DNA of 64,000 nucleotides from Octopus vulgaris (taxonomy: Eukaryota), in assembly GCA_951406725.2 (NCBI GenBank), contig OX597832.1, forward strand, positions 64,480,001 to 64,544,000, in the 5' to 3' direction. The notes under the pieces are model-generated. The model worked only from the letters and a program-made list of their open reading frames with translations, did no database searches and was not told where the DNA came from. This document shows, in pieces, positions 26,980 to 42,501 of the stretch (positions are counted from its first letter, which is position 1; each line of letters begins with the position of its first letter). The position numbers and the translations under genes were made by a program.

Positions 26980-27668
26980 ATATGCATATATATATATATA
27001 TATGTGTATATATATGTTCATGTGTGATGTACATATGTGCGTGCGTGCGGACACAGAAGCCAGACGTTCTTGCATTTACTGCAATGTGATAACCTATCGG
27101 GGTTTAACGGACCTGTCATTAACTGCTATTTTAATTACTGTTCATCTGTCGTTGATATTTATTCCTCAATTCTATGTGTCATATTATATTATAGATATCA
27201 CATAATGTATGCGTTGTTAAACGTTTGTAGCTGCAATATTTCGTCTAAGCGAAATCCATTTTAAAATGTGTAGTTTTAAAAACACAATATGCTTCAAAAT
27301 TAAGCGAAGCAAAATGGCCACGGGAGTGAACGAGAAAAAAGATATTGGATGTGTTACACTTTTTTCCTGTACATCAGTGCAGGGATATTCTCTCCTCTTT
27401 CGAAACGAAATCGCCTGCTAGCGATTGCCCAAGATCCATAACAGCGTGATCAATTTTGGGAAGAGATAGCTGCAAAGTGAAGTCATTCACCTCTCTGCCA
27501 AGCCTAACATACCAAAAGTGAAATACGGATAGCGAAAATTAAGCAGAACGAAACGGAGGAAAAAAAGAGAGACCTATAGAGTCAAACGAATCAGACGCAC
27601 ATATATAAACCAAGACCCCTATCTGTACACATACATTATAAATCTCTCTCATTATATATATAAATACA

Positions 27669-27702
<34 letters not shown>

Positions 27703-27765
27703 CATATATATGTACGTACATATATGTTTATATATATGCATATGTTTTATTTATTAATATATTAT

Positions 27766-28570
27766 ATGACGGAACGCACGCAACCCTTTCTAAGTAAGAT
27801 TGTTCTTGACATTAATTTTGATGCGCACTCTTAACCTTTCTGTCCCATTCCTTTCTCAGTCTTCATTCTTTGATTTCCTTTTCTTCTACTTAACTGTCTC
27901 TCCCTCTCTCTCATTCTTCACTCTCTCTCCCTCTCTCTCATTCTTCATGGTTTCCTCACAACCATTCCCCTTTCTTCTCTCCCTTTCTCTTGCTCCTTCT
28001 CCTCCCTCCTGTCGTTGACCCGCGACGAGAGCTCCGCTACTGTCTTTCTAGCCTGTCCTTCTTGAGGTGTGGACGGCAATTTTCTTTGCTCCGTTCGCCG
28101 TTCACAGGAATTAGCGTTCGTAATATTTTTTTTCGTTCGGCGTTAACAGCCCTTCTTGTCTTGTTATTTTCCTTGTCCTGTCTTTTACTGCTTATATTTT
28201 GTACTGTCGTTACTGTCCTATTTTTGTTACCATTTTTACCCCTCTGCAAAAAGATCTCAAATTTTATTTGATTTGCTTTTCGCAGGAAGGAAAGTTTCTT
28301 ATCGAAGATACGTCTCGCCTTCACCTTCGAAACGTAGAGTAGATGAAACCATGGCGACTGAAGAAGGGTTTTTTTCCTTGTGTTATTTGTCCTGTACTCT
28401 ATTTTTTTGTTCTTTAAGAAAAATGTCCAGTTCCTTGGGTTTGTGTCTATGTTTTCGTTTCTCATTGTGTTCGACGTTGTTTTGGTGTCCTGTACTCATA
28501 TATGCGTGTATATATACATGTAGAGGTAGGTACGTACATATATGTATATATATATGCATATGCTTTATTT
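27766..28570. mobile_element. LTR-like non-coding element (~800 bp) in a TA array
   Basis: Starts 'tgacggaacgcacgcaaccctttctaagtaagatt', like 52196 onward. Its 3' part (gagtagatgaaac...gtcctgtactcatata) is like 58150-58400. Confidence 0.55.
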
Positions 28571-28572
28571 AT

Positions 28573-28613
<41 letters not shown>

Positions 28614-28744
28614 CATATATATATATATATACAAACATATATACATATATATATATGAATATATATATATATATGTATATATATATATTACATATATATA
28701 TATATATATATATATGAATATATATATATATATGTATATATATA

Positions 28745-28773
<29 letters not shown>

Positions 28774-28779
<6 letters not shown>

Positions 28780-29068
28780 GGATCACGGGACCGACCAGAC
28801 CATCAGATGTTGTTACACATCGCTGGTCACAATGCGTTCGCAATGTTTTAGCCTTCAAATGACGCCACCCCGCTGGCTAAGCGAGCAGGCCAACAGAAGA
28901 AAGAGTGGGAGAAAGAGTGGCGAAAGAGTACAGCAGGGATCACCACCCCCTGCCGGAACCTCGTGGAGCTTTTTTTAGGTGTTTTCGCTCAATAAACACT
29001 CACAACGCCCGAAACCGCGATCCTGCGACCGCGAGTCCGCTGCCCTAACCACTAGGCCCATTGCACCT

Positions 29069-29070
<2 letters not shown>
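28774..29070 (-). mobile_element. SINE family C
   Basis: Closely matches 20711-21018, with a small deletion near the B box. Confidence 0.9.
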
Positions 29071-29141
<71 letters not shown>

Positions 29142-29481
29142 TATTTATATATATATATATATATACAAACTCTGAAATTTAATATGGATTTACTTAGACA
29201 TAAAGCCATACATATTCCCTAATACAATGCACATGCGCATATACGTATATGCCTGGACGCATACAAACATACATTCAGTATACACGCACACTTACTGAAA
29301 TGGTGTGAAAATTTACAAAAACTCTCATACAAATCGCAGACTAATTCTCCGACGCAATCGAATATTTTGGAATCTTGGTACGAATATAATTACGTTCTCT
29401 TAAGAATCGTGGCTCGCAGAGAACTGGTGAGCTGAAACTTTACGCGGACGCTCACACACACACACACATACACATACAAAC

Positions 29482-29526
<45 letters not shown>

Positions 29527-29764
29527 AACACACACACAAACACACGCATATACATACACTTGTATGTTTTCCAAGAACCGATATTAACATGTCTTTCTGT
29601 ACTATGGCATCAAAAATGAAATTACTGACTGTCGGATTCAAAACGCCAACAAAATTCTCATGTTTTCCGAAAAAAAATAGAACATGACTGACTATATCCG
29701 TATGTATGTGTGTGTGTATAAAAGAGAGAAGGATTACTGCTTTTCAACGAATTTTCATGTTATG

Positions 29765-29819
<55 letters not shown>

Positions 29820-30291
29820 ACACATACACACACACATATATATAATGAAATAAAATTTCTTTCAAATGCTGTAATCCTCTCTTTGCAATCAGACGATATG
29901 CTTCAGTCTGTTTTTGCTATATTTTCTGTATATAACGTCTAAATCTGATTATCTATCTAAAACCTTAAGAGTTGAGTTAATACCTGTTAGTGATAGACTA
30001 CTGCGGTTGGTAGAATTGTTAAAGAATTTGCCAAAATAACTCTCAGTATAGAAATCTGTCTGCTGTGGTTCTGCTGTATGTTGACATCGAAAACCGATTA
30101 ATTCCGTATTTTTACAGTTTTTTGTTTTACATTGTAGGTTCTTTCAATTTTTCCTGACTTAGGGCTACACAATGCAAATAAAATAATAAACTACAATCTC
30201 ATGACCAGGCAGAGCTTGTGTGATTAAGAATCTCGCTACGCAATCACTTAGTTTGGCCTTGAATCCCACTGGCGGCATCTTGGATGTCATC

Positions 30292-30371
<80 letters not shown>

Positions 30372-30374
30372 ATA

Positions 30375-30414
<40 letters not shown>

Positions 30415-30483
30415 GGAGTAAACACATAAATGTGAAACAAGGTGGAAAAAAGAGTACTCAAATACCAGTGGTAGAGTAATATG

Positions 30484-30611
30484 CTTTATTTTAAGCAGCA
30501 GAAAATTCAACAAAATCTGTTACTCTGAGTTTCTCGTTGCCGTTCATCAGCAACGGCAACGAGAAACTCAGAGTAACAGATTTTGTTGAATTTTCTGCTG
30601 CTTAAAATAAA

Positions 30612-30612
<1 letters not shown>
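30484..30612. repeat. Perfect inverted repeat with 61-bp arms and 7-nt spacer
   Basis: 30484-30544 is the exact reverse complement of 30552-30612; the spacer is catcagc. Confidence 0.95.
30520..30551 (-). ncRNA. Minimal hammerhead core at the palindrome centre
   Basis: The minus strand reads CTGATGA-a-cg(gcaa)cg-a-GAAAC-TC-agagt, with AATAAA ~35 nt downstream (30485-30490). Confidence 0.6.
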
Positions 30613-30653
<41 letters not shown>

Positions 30654-30922
30654 AAGCATGTGCATTTTCTCAGATGATTAGATAAGCGGTGCCGAGTTTT
30701 ACAAATCTGTAAATAGCAATAATACTATTTTATAAGCTTAAGCTTATAAGCGATCACCGTGTATTGACTAAAGAAAATAGTTTAATATTAGGGCATATAA
30801 ACCCTCGACGGGAAAAAAGTTGGGTTTTCGTACTTATGAGACTCGAACGCACACCTCAATGTTTGCTACTATTACACCAACGGGACCACAACACACATAC
30901 ATACATACATACATACATACAT

Positions 30923-30973
<51 letters not shown>

Positions 30974-31244
30974 TATATATCCAGGAGAGTACCGTTCAAG
31001 CAGTTTTTTTGTAATCCAAGTTATGGCTAACCGCATCGAGTGGCAAAGAACAACGTTGTGCTATTCGAGGTAAAATTACCCTCAATGTATTTCATCTAAT
31101 TGGTAAATCCTGTGTTCGCCTCTTTAGATTATAGCTTCTACTGTGTATAACCGAGATAATTCAATGAATAAGAAGAATGAGTAGACGTATTAGTTTCCTT
31201 ATTATCTTGTTCATACATACATATATACATACATACATACATAT

Positions 31245-31326
<82 letters not shown>

Positions 31327-31788
31327 GTGACTCAAAGCACTAGATTATTGGTGATTTACATCATAAATATTTCATATTTCTCTTTTCTAATCAGAAATTA
31401 TTATTGTTCCCCTTACAATTCGAAACAAGTGATAAAAGTAAGCACAGGTCTTGTTAGTCTTGTCATGTATACAACAACATTCTGAACCTCAAATTGTTAA
31501 GATGATAATAAATTCAATGTTAATCGTTTGGACTATTGCCTTATCGTCGTCTGTAATCCATACAGGGAAGATAATGACGATGATGATAACAATGATTATG
31601 ATAATATGTCATTAGATATTTACATATGCGCATAAATACACAAACATAGCTGCTTACACGTATATGCAAATATCCATACACGTAAATATTCCTTCACACG
31701 CACACATATACACGGAATCATCTATATATATATGTATAAATAAGAATATACAAGCATATATATATTTATGTATATGTATGTATATACA

Positions 31789-32192
31789 TACTCTTTTACT
31801 TGTTTCAGTCATTTGAATGTGGCCATATTGGAGCACCGCCTTTTTGTCGAGCAAATCGACCCCAGAACTTATTCGTTGTAAGCCTAGTACTTATTCTATC
31901 GAACCCTTTTGCCGTACCGCTAAGTTATGGGAACGCAAACACACCACTATCGGTTGTCAAGCGATGTTGTAGGGGGTGGGGAACCAACATAGACATACAA
32001 ACATATACACACACATGCTAATACACACACATGCTTATACACACGGGCTTCTTTCAATTTCCGTCTACCAAATCTACTCACAAGCCTTTAGTCGGGCCGA
32101 GGCTATAGTAGAAGACACTTGCCCAGTGGGACTGAACCCGGACCCATGTCGTTAGCAAGCAAGCTAATTACCAAACAGCCACTCCAACGCCT
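31789..32192 (-). mobile_element. SINE family A
   Basis: Both conserved halves are present. Confidence 0.9.
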
Positions 32193-32209
32193 ATATAAAG
32201 ACACATACA

Positions 32210-32278
<69 letters not shown>

Positions 32279-32281
32279 TAC

Positions 32282-32370
<89 letters not shown>

Positions 32371-33464
32371 TACGTGTGCGTGTATGTATGTATGTATGTG
32401 TCTGTATGGTGTGTATGTGTAGGTATCTAGGAAAATACATTGCATTCACTTAACGGGAAGCGTGGCTGGCAGAGTTCTGGTTAGCAAAAACTACACACAC
32501 TTGCGAGCACGCGCAGCCTCTAGCTGTACATGTGTCAGCAATCACGTCTGACATAAATTTTTGATTTGCAGAAACCACTAAAAACTGTAGAGTGTTGGAA
32601 TTGAGAAAGACAAATGAAAAAAGAAAAATTAAGAAAGAAATATCTGGCGAGAGGCCGTTGAAGTTAATATTTATGTAGAGTTAAGTTGTATTTAGGATTG
32701 TAAGGTGACCCATAAAATTGAAAAAAAGGAAAGAAATAAAAGAGAACAGATTAACAAGAAATCTCAACGTTATAAAATGAGGGATTACGTTTGTACGAAG
32801 ATGGGGATTAACTAATTGATTTTTCCATATGTTTTGAGAAGACTCTTAATTGTAATATTATCTAGTAGCCAAAGTTTTATTTGAGGATTTAGTTGCTATA
32901 ATTAAATGGCCATTTATTGGTGATTAAATGTAGGCAGCAATTTAACAATTTCTCATCGTAAATCGCATTATAATTTCCTTGTTTAATGCCGTACGAAAAA
33001 TATCGGGGTATCATCTTCAGAGTGATTAGTGTTGCATGCATATAAAGTCACTTTGACAAAAATGTTGATGTTGCGATCTCTTAACTTTAAATCATTGCTT
33101 ATTAACATTGCATTGTGTTTCGAAGTCCCTCTCGTAATTAACCCAGTTTTGTTCATTTGCAAATCTCGTAGATAATAAAATCTCACAAATCCTCAGGGAT
33201 AGTTTTAACTGTAGTGCTGTACAGAAAATCCATCATTAACTTATTTACACTATAGTAAGCGACTCTTGACAAAATGTCGTTGAATTCCACACTTAAACAA
33301 AAATAGCTTTTGAATACGCGCGGAAGTTTCAGTTGGTGTTATTTCCTTCGACTATGCCCCTCAAGGTCATTATGTATGTTATTTTCTCTTTAGCCTTAGG
33401 ATATATTCGGCAAGGTTACCTGGTTTCTATCGTGTGTATGCGCCCAAGATTATCATAACTGTCA

Positions 33465-34020
33465 CGAAAGGGCACCAAATTTCAAGACCAACAAATTTGA
33501 GGGGCGAAGCAAGTCAATTACACCTATTCCACCACGTGACTGATACCTTATTTTTTCGATTCGGCAAAGAAGATGACCTTGACTGAATTTGAACTCAGAA
33601 CAGAAAGTCACAGAGAAATGCTGCTCAACAATTTTGTCCGATGTACTAACCATTCTTTTCTACTCTGGGCACAAGGCCCGAAGTTTTGGGGGATGGAGCC
33701 AGTAGATTAGATCGATACCGGTACTTAATTTATCGACCCCCAAAAGGACGAAAGGCAAAGTCGACCTCGGCGAAATTTGAACTCAGAACGTAAAGACAGA
33801 CGAAATACCTATTTCTTTACTACCCACAAGGGGCAAACAAAGATAGAGAAACGGATTAAGTCGATTATATCGACTCCAGTGCGTAACTGGTACTTATTTA
33901 ATTGACCCCGAAAGGATGAAAGGCAAAATCAACCTCGGCGGAATTTGAACTCAGAACGTAGCGGCAGACGAAATACCGCTGAGCATTTTGCCCGGCATGC
34001 TAACGTTTCTGCCAGCTCGC
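33465..34020 (-). mobile_element. Cluster of three tandem SINE family B copies
   Basis: 'aatttgaactcagaac' at ~33586, ~33774 and ~33942. Confidence 0.85.
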
Positions 34021-34144
34021 AGCCAGATGCCATTCAAAACATCATTCTCAGCCGTAAATACAAAACCATGTGGCCCCAGGCTTTTGCTATTGCAGAAATA
34101 TAGTAGCCAAAAGAAATTGCGCCCAATAAATCTTAGTTAAAATG

Positions 34145-34182
34145 TTCTTCTTCTTCTTCTTCTTCTTCTTCTTCTTCTTCTT

Positions 34183-34213
<31 letters not shown>

Positions 34214-34248
34214 TTATTATTATTATTATTATTATCATTGTTATTATT
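34145..34248. repeat. (CTT)n(ATT)n microsatellite
   Basis: Direct observation. Confidence 0.95.
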
Positions 34249-34699
34249 AAAGGTGGTAAGCTGGCAGAACCGGTAGCACGCTAGCAAAAGGCACCACGCT
34301 GTCTTAAAAAAGAAAGACAATAGGAAACAAAAATGAGATGATCATCTGTGTCTGCATGAAGAAATCTGGCCAAACACTAAACAACAGTAACAGTAAATAA
34401 CTTATCCCTTTGGTGCTGTGTATATAACAGCGGCAACACTTTCGGTCATTTGCTGGGCTGAATTCCCGTGCTTGTTGTTTACGTATGTCTCCCCAGCTGT
34501 GATTTGAATCCAGAATACAAACTTTCTACGTGAATGAGCTAAATTTGTATGAAAATTCGTAGAAGAAAAGTATAAAGTCAATGGGTGTAAAAGTTGTGGA
34601 TGCTACCATTTCACTGATTGGGTGGGAGTGGGGTGCGTGGTCATCGTATGAATACTTGGACGAAAGAAAAGAATTGGGTTTTAGTCGCTTGCCCATAAT

Positions 34700-34900
34700 C
34701 CAAACGGAAACCTCACTGTCTCGATCATTCAGTCACTTGTATCCATTTAAGGCGCTCACTGTTCTTAGGAGAGCCTTGTGGATCGTCTCCATAGGGTACC
34801 ATCTGAAGCAACCGTCGTTACAGCTTCTTATTAGATTCACGGATGTGACCAAATGAAACAATGGACGTTATTCAACCATCTTCTCCTTAGTCTACAATTT
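34700..34900 (-). mobile_element. Possible old RTE-type LINE 3' remnant
   Basis: The minus strand reads FGHIRE..RRLLQMVPYG...GSPK....KW, similar to the RTE C-terminal GH..R / GRPK.RW pattern. Confidence 0.3.
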
Positions 34901-35838
34901 TGATTGTGCACCCCCTACACGCCAAGGGACCTAACTCGTGGAGGTGAATCAAAAAAAAAAACCGCCACCTATTTCCTAGAAACTCATACTTTTATTCTAA
35001 ATCCATTTCTTCATTATAACTGTCGAACCTAACATCGTTTCTACAACCCTAGGCTATCTAAACAAATAAATAAACGATTTTTTAATACGAGCACCTAACC
35101 TTAATTTTTGGGTGGGTCTTATGATTTTAACGATCCCCAATCCAAACCTGTACTTGCATTTCATTTTACCGACGCATTGGAATGATAAAAGCAACATTGA
35201 TTCCTGCGGGATTGAAATTCAAGTAAGTAGAGTTGATGTGAAACTAAATACTGCAAAATATTTTGTCAGCCGCTTCTCCAATTCTGTCATCTGAACGAAG
35301 GTAGAATAATGTTTAATATACTCCATAGATTTAGATCTTTACATTAACAGTGCTATTAATACTTTAACACTGATATTTAGAAGGTAGGGTTTCTTTTTAA
35401 TAGCGGACTGTTGATGTTATTTTAAGTCTGCAGTGCTTTTTTATCCTTGCTAATAAATCTCTGAGGAAGTACAACAGCAAAATAGAAAACGAACGAAAGC
35501 GAAATGAGATTTAAAAAAGAAAAAGTAAACCAAAAAATGAAAAAAAAAAAAGAATTTACAGCACCAAAGAAAAGCAGATAATGGTGAAGGCATACATCAT
35601 ATTTATATTTCTGCAGTGAAATTTCAACAGAAATTCTAGATACAACTGGAAAATTAATCACTCTATGCTCACACACACACACACAGACACACACACACAC
35701 ACGCACACAAACAAACGCACACACACAGAATCACGTGTGTCCGTACGTATAAATGGGTGCACACATGTATATCGTATGCATATATGCGTTTGTATACACA
35801 TATACACACACGTATAAATATATAATATATTTATGTAA

Positions 35839-35869
<31 letters not shown>

Positions 35870-35884
35870 CGTGCGATACATATA

Positions 35885-35923
<39 letters not shown>

Positions 35924-35950
35924 GATACTTAGAAATATACGCATATTACA

Positions 35951-36067
<117 letters not shown>

Positions 36068-36238
36068 TTACGACTTAAACGACATGCAAAGGTACATGAA
36101 GCCCAGTTACAACTACAGCCGGCTATTACCAGTAGAGACATTGTAGATCTTTAGCTGGGCTAAAAAGTCACATTCGATCACAGCACCAGTAACAGTTAAG
36201 CTTCGTGTAATGGCCATACTCGATAACGAGGGGCAGCC

Positions 36239-36308
<70 letters not shown>

Positions 36309-36309
36309 C

Positions 36310-36396
<87 letters not shown>

Positions 36397-36427
36397 TATA
36401 TACATATATATATATACATATATATAC

Positions 36428-36458
<31 letters not shown>

Positions 36459-36459
36459 C

Positions 36460-36491
<32 letters not shown>

Positions 36492-36785
36492 GTATATGCA
36501 CATATTCATACGTACAGGTATAAAGTTACACATGTATATGCACACATGTGTGCACGCTCGTGTATGTATGGATACGCAAATTATGTTGCTGTTTGTCTGA
36601 TCCCAAATAAATCCTGATCAAGCTGGCTTTGGATGAAAAACCAGGAAGCTGTAATTATCTCGCCTATATAGCATATATTATGCAGTAGCCATCGATGTAC
36701 ATATTAGTCTATATATGGGATTATGATTATATGTGCAATTTCCATAAGACATGTATGTGTCTGTTAATTTATCTATCTATCAATA

Positions 36786-36842
<57 letters not shown>

Positions 36843-36897
36843 GTCTATCTTTCTATCTATCTATCTATATGTCTGTCTCTATTTATCTATCTATCTA

Positions 36898-39678
36898 CAA
36901 TTCCACATAGTCAGCTACACGGATCACAAACTTGTGACATGTACGCTAGACTTAGGTAAGACACTTAGGCAGGGTCCCGGATACTGGAAACTAAACGCGT
37001 CTTTCCCATCGAGACAGGTTTTCAGAGACCGGATTAGCACACTAGTAAAGAGTGCTTTGACGGGAGCCATCATCAACATCAAATGGTGGTTTGCCCTCAA
37101 GAGAGCAGTAAAAGCAGAAGCGATTAGGTACAGCAAAGCACTAGCCATAGAGTTGAGGGTGAGCTAGTTAAGAAGCTAGAAGAGGCAATTAGAAGCGGCA
37201 TCGCATCCGACGTTTTGGCGGCGAGGTTGGCCCTCGACCAACACTTCAACGCCAAACACGAAGGATGTGCTGTCAGAGCTAGGATGCGTGCTCTAAGGAA
37301 CGAAGGTGTTGGAGCCGCGAGAGAGGCCCGGGTGGCATAGGCGCAACAGGGCAACAAAGCCACCATTCGGTGGCGCGAATTGCTCGAATGGTGCGAATTG
37401 CTCGAGCCAAGTAAAATGTGTGAGGCCTTTCAGCAGCATTTTGCCCGACTGTTCGGGACGAGTGGAGGGCAAGAACGTAGGGTGGACTTCAGTGCCTACC
37501 TACATAGCCTACCACGACTCTCGACAAGAAAGGCAGGGTGCTGCGAAGGTGCCATCACGGCGGCGGAAGTGCAGGAGGCGATGGCAGAATGCTCGAGGGA
37601 CAAATCACCGGGTTTGGATGGTCTACCCTACGAGCTTTACAATTGTATGCCAGACTTGTTTGGAGATCTCTTGGCGGCGGTGTACTGCAACTGGCAGCAA
37701 CACGGGAGCATTCCTGGTTTTGTGAGCCGAGGAGCCGTAACACTGCTGAAGAAAGATCTAAACAAGGGAAATGTAATAGATAACTTTAGGCCCATCACTC
37801 TGCTTAATGCAGACTTGAAAATTTTGGCCAAGGTGCTAGCCAAGAGGTTGGCGCTTGTCATCGAGAAACTGGTCGACAAGGCGCAAACATGCGCCGTGCC
37901 AGGCCGGACCATCCATGACAACCTCCACCTGATGCGCTACATCATAGACAGGGTAGTTAACGAACCTGGCGTGGGTGGGGCGCTGATCAATCGAATTGGA
38001 TCAATCGAAAGCTTTCGATAGGGTAGACCATCGATACTTGGAGGCGGTCCTCGGAGCGGCTGGCTTCGGTCCCGTCTTCCGCGGCTGGATAGCCGCTTTG
38101 TACAGAGGCATCCGTTAGGTAATTCGCGTGAATGGACATCTATCGAGACCCTTCGACATCGCACGTTCGGTCCGTCAGGGATGCCCCCTCTCGTCGCTTC
38201 TATACGTATTGACTCTGGAGCCATTATTGCGGAAGCTGGCAACTTTGAGGGGAATCCCGCGAGAACTGGGATGCGGGACGAGCGTGTCTGCATACGCGGA
38301 CGACGTCACCGTCATAGTGTCTAGCCACGAGCACATCGAGCAGGTCGGCGAGACACTGAAAAACTACGAAGCGGTGACAGGAGCGAAAATCAACCGGGAA
38401 AAGTCAGTGGGCTTGCGACTAGGCACCTGGAGAAGCAAGCCCATGCCGTCCACCAGCGCCTCCGTCGTGGGACGCTGGACCGACGGCCCGGTTGAGTTGC
38501 TCGGGGTCTGGTTTGGTCCGGACCTCCAAGTGGAGAAGAACTGGAACGAGATAACGAGTAGGGTGGTCACTCTCGCCCGGCAATGGGCCGAGAGGAAACT
38601 GTCCCTAAAAGGTCGGGCGGAGGTGGCGAACACGTACATCGCGTCCGTCATCTACTACCGCCTGACCGTCGTACCTTGTCCCGACCCTACCATCACCAAA
38701 CTACAACGCATTCTCTTTCGCTTCTTGTGGAAAGGATGCGTCCCGATGGTCAGGCAATCCATTTGCTGTCAGCACCCGTTAAAAGGAGGGCTGGGCATGC
38801 CGTGGTTGATGATGCGCAGACACGCGCTGAGACTGCGACATCTCTGGCTCTATGTAGACGACGGTGAACAGGTGTGGTCGCCGTTTGTGAGGCACGCTTT
38901 CCCGCAGCTCGTCTCCATGACCGAACTGCAGTCGTGGATCAAAAAGAGGCCGAGGAAGGGCGATTGGCACCGCGAGTGTCGCGTTGCTCTCAAGCAACTC
39001 TGCCGTCCCGGGTCGACCTTGAGTGACTTCAACACAACCAAAGCATTCTATAGGGGATTAGTGGAGGGGAGGTACGACGACGAGCTCGGGGCGAACCTGG
39101 ACGTCGACGAGGAGTACCTGACCCGCCTGTTCATAACGACTTTCGGGCCAGGGCCCATGGACAACTTCCAGAGATTCCTGGCCTGGCAGTGCTACCGAGA
39201 AGCGCTACCCGTTCGGGATAAGCTCTACAGACACGGCTCGAGAAACACGGGGCCGACCTGCCCGAGATGCGGTCAGAGCGATGAAACCGTTCTGCACGCA
39301 CTCGTGCAGTGTCCAACAATTTCCGACCTGTGGGCTTATGTCGAACAACTGCTGTCACGTGTGGGACGAGTCGGTTTATCAGCTGAGTCTATCGTCAATA
39401 TTGTCACGCCTCCTTCCTTCAAACGGGAAGGAAGAGCTATTTTCATCATCCTTGTGGCTATGGCGAAAGAATGTATCCGGTGGACGCGTCTGAAAGGATT
39501 GGAGACAAACACTTTCCTCTCTGGTCAATCTCTCATCAACTTCTTCAAGTACCACTTGAAAAGGAAAGTGAGAGTAGAGTGGCAAGTTTTGTCTAGCGAA
39601 TGTTTTAAAAAAAGATGGGTGAATGTAGCAAGGATGGCACGTATGAATGACGAAGCCACCTTGAGCATAACCCTATGA
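36898..39678 (+). pseudogene. Disrupted ORF2 (endonuclease end, reverse transcriptase, Zn finger)
   Basis: Split by frameshifts and stops into pieces ending at 37167, 37380-38021 and 38128-39678 (516 aa open). Confidence 0.9.
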
Positions 39679-40131
39679 ACCCAGAAATTGAAAACAGAGG
39701 GTTACCCACTTGCAAACAAATGTGGTAACATATAACAATATTGACCAAGGTTACCGTGGTCTTTTTCGTAGGCTTTTCTTCCCACGGATAAACCTTACTT
39801 GCTTTCCCCTTTACACCATATATCATAACACTGTGATACACGATCCCTATTGATCGCTTTTTTTCCTCTTCCCCCTTTTTCCCCTTTTTTCTTCTTTTTC
39901 ATTCCTCTTTCCTTTTGTTCCTTTTCCTTTTCTTTTTTTTCTTTTTATTCCTTTTATTTTATTCAAATTTTTTTTTTGTTCTTTTCTTCCCTTTTACGAT
40001 CCCTCTTGATCGAAAACCTACGCCACCCCTTTTTTTTCTTTTGTTTTTTGTTCTCTTCATCCCCCAAAAGAAAAGCTCTACCTTGTAACTTGTCCCATCT
40101 GTGTGCAGCCCTGTGTGGCCAATAAAGAAAC
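36898..40131 (+). mobile_element. 5'-truncated Tx1/L1-type LINE inserted in (TATC)n
   Basis: APE C-terminus (YTDHKLV, GYWKLN), RT motifs (KSPGLDGLPYE, FRPITLLNADLKILAK, RQGCPLS, YADD), C-terminal CPRC..H....C, T-rich 3' UTR and AATAAA at 40121. (TATC)n lies on both flanks. Confidence 0.92.
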
Positions 40132-40183
<52 letters not shown>

Positions 40184-40240
40184 ATATATATATATATATA
40201 TATATCAATCTCTCTGTCTATCAATCTCTCTGTCTCTCTC

Positions 40241-40357
<117 letters not shown>

Positions 40358-40379
40358 TATCTATCTATCTATCTATCTA

Positions 40380-40416
<37 letters not shown>

Positions 40417-41130
40417 ATATGTGAAATTATATATGAAAATGATTTTTCATTACACTGGAAAAACAGGCAATCCTATTTCAACAGATTACATATTAATACA
40501 GGTTTATAAGGTAAACGTTGACAGTGACTTCAAATCTTTAACTTGTTCATGCGAAAATTGACAAGCAGATTCAATAGCGCAGGGATATTTGGTGATTCTT
40601 TAAATAAAATGCCCTGAGAGACTTCTTCTGCCCCTTTAGGCATTGAATTCAGATCTCACCCGGGGCAAACATTGCAGTACAAAATCCAGGTCGATAAAGA
40701 AGCTACGAAACGAAAGCGGTTGCAGCCTTCTCGCTCTTCAACCTGTCACATCATGGAATTTCTACTGGGGTCGCGGTGGGACAAACGAGAGTACGTCTCT
40801 GCCTGTTAGCGAAAGCATGGCATGTGTGAATATATTATATATTTTGTGTATTTAGACTTTAAATATATATCATGCGGTTTTTGTATACTTAGTAATATCA
40901 GTGTTCAGTGAGAGTTTACTTTGCAGTTGCTCATGTTTATACAGCATATCTGTTTCTGTATATAACATCCGAGAGCTTCGCACGCGCAAGCAAGAACATA
41001 CACACACACACCTGGTATGATATAGGTAACTATACGCACAAAAGCATTATATGAAGAGAAAGAGAAGGAAATATATATTGTCTACGCTGGCATGTCTAGT
41101 TTATCTTCATGTGGCGTCTATTCATTTAAT

Positions 41131-41180
<50 letters not shown>

Positions 41181-41362
41181 TTACACATACATACATAAAG
41201 AGAGAGAGAGAGAGAAAGAGGGAGAGATAGAGAGAGCTGTGTGTGGGATCACAATCGTGTATGTTTATAAACATATGCATGCATACGCATACATATATTC
41301 ATACACGCACATACATACATGCGTATGCATAAACACATACATACATACATATATATATATAT

Positions 41363-41401
<39 letters not shown>

Positions 41402-41428
41402 TATATACTTATATATATATATACATAA

Positions 41429-41525
<97 letters not shown>

Positions 41526-42197
41526 TATGGAAATGGTTATATAAACAACTATTTATGTCTTGAAAATGTGCTTAGATTATGTTTATATTTATGAGTGCCG
41601 ATGCATCTCTGGCCGCATTCTATTATCTAATGTTTGCTACCAAACCGATCTAAGACAATATCAAGAAGCTGAATGCTAATTATATCAACTCGAATAATGA
41701 CGCCAATGATTATGACAATAATGCTGATGGTGACGATGAAGATGATGGTAAATAAGTCATGGAAAAGAAACAAACAAGATTTGCGTCTCTTTTAATCCAC
41801 CCAAGAGTATTTATTCAGTGATATCTCTTTGATCCACCCTGACACGCACACGCATCTTTAGACAGACAACATGATGCTTCGGCATCGTTTTATATTTTTT
41901 ATTATGTACTAATCGTTACGATTTTGTTACACTCACACAGACACTCACACACACACTCACACATGCACACATTATCTATCATTTTTACCCTTTACTTATT
42001 TCAATTATTGGACTACGGCCTTGCTCGAGCTCTGCTTTATCGGTTTGGTTGCAGACTGAACCTGAAAAGACGCGGTTGCAAAGTGAGCCTTTTAACGACA
42101 CGGCCAGGCTCATGTGTATGCGTGTTCTGAGTATTTTCTAGAAATTCTTTTGCATTCATCTGTTTTGTTTGTACACAGAAACATGTAGGTCCCTATA

Positions 42198-42287
<90 letters not shown>

Positions 42288-42425
42288 GTACCAGCAAATA
42301 AATTTGCAAATAAAACAGACCCTGTGCTCTGAGACAGGAGATTGCTAGGAGGCAAAACGCATGCTCTAAAAATCTACCTGAACACGTCACGTCAAAACAT
42401 AGAAACTCGTATCTTTATATTGTCG

Positions 42426-42501
<76 letters not shown>

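Noticed and set aside
28305-28380. gaag...cttc-GAAAC-GTA and a downstream CTGAAGA as a possible hammerhead
   Set aside because: There is no CUGANGA before the stem, no GAAA after the later core, and the homologous copy at 58150 lacks the GAAACGTA.
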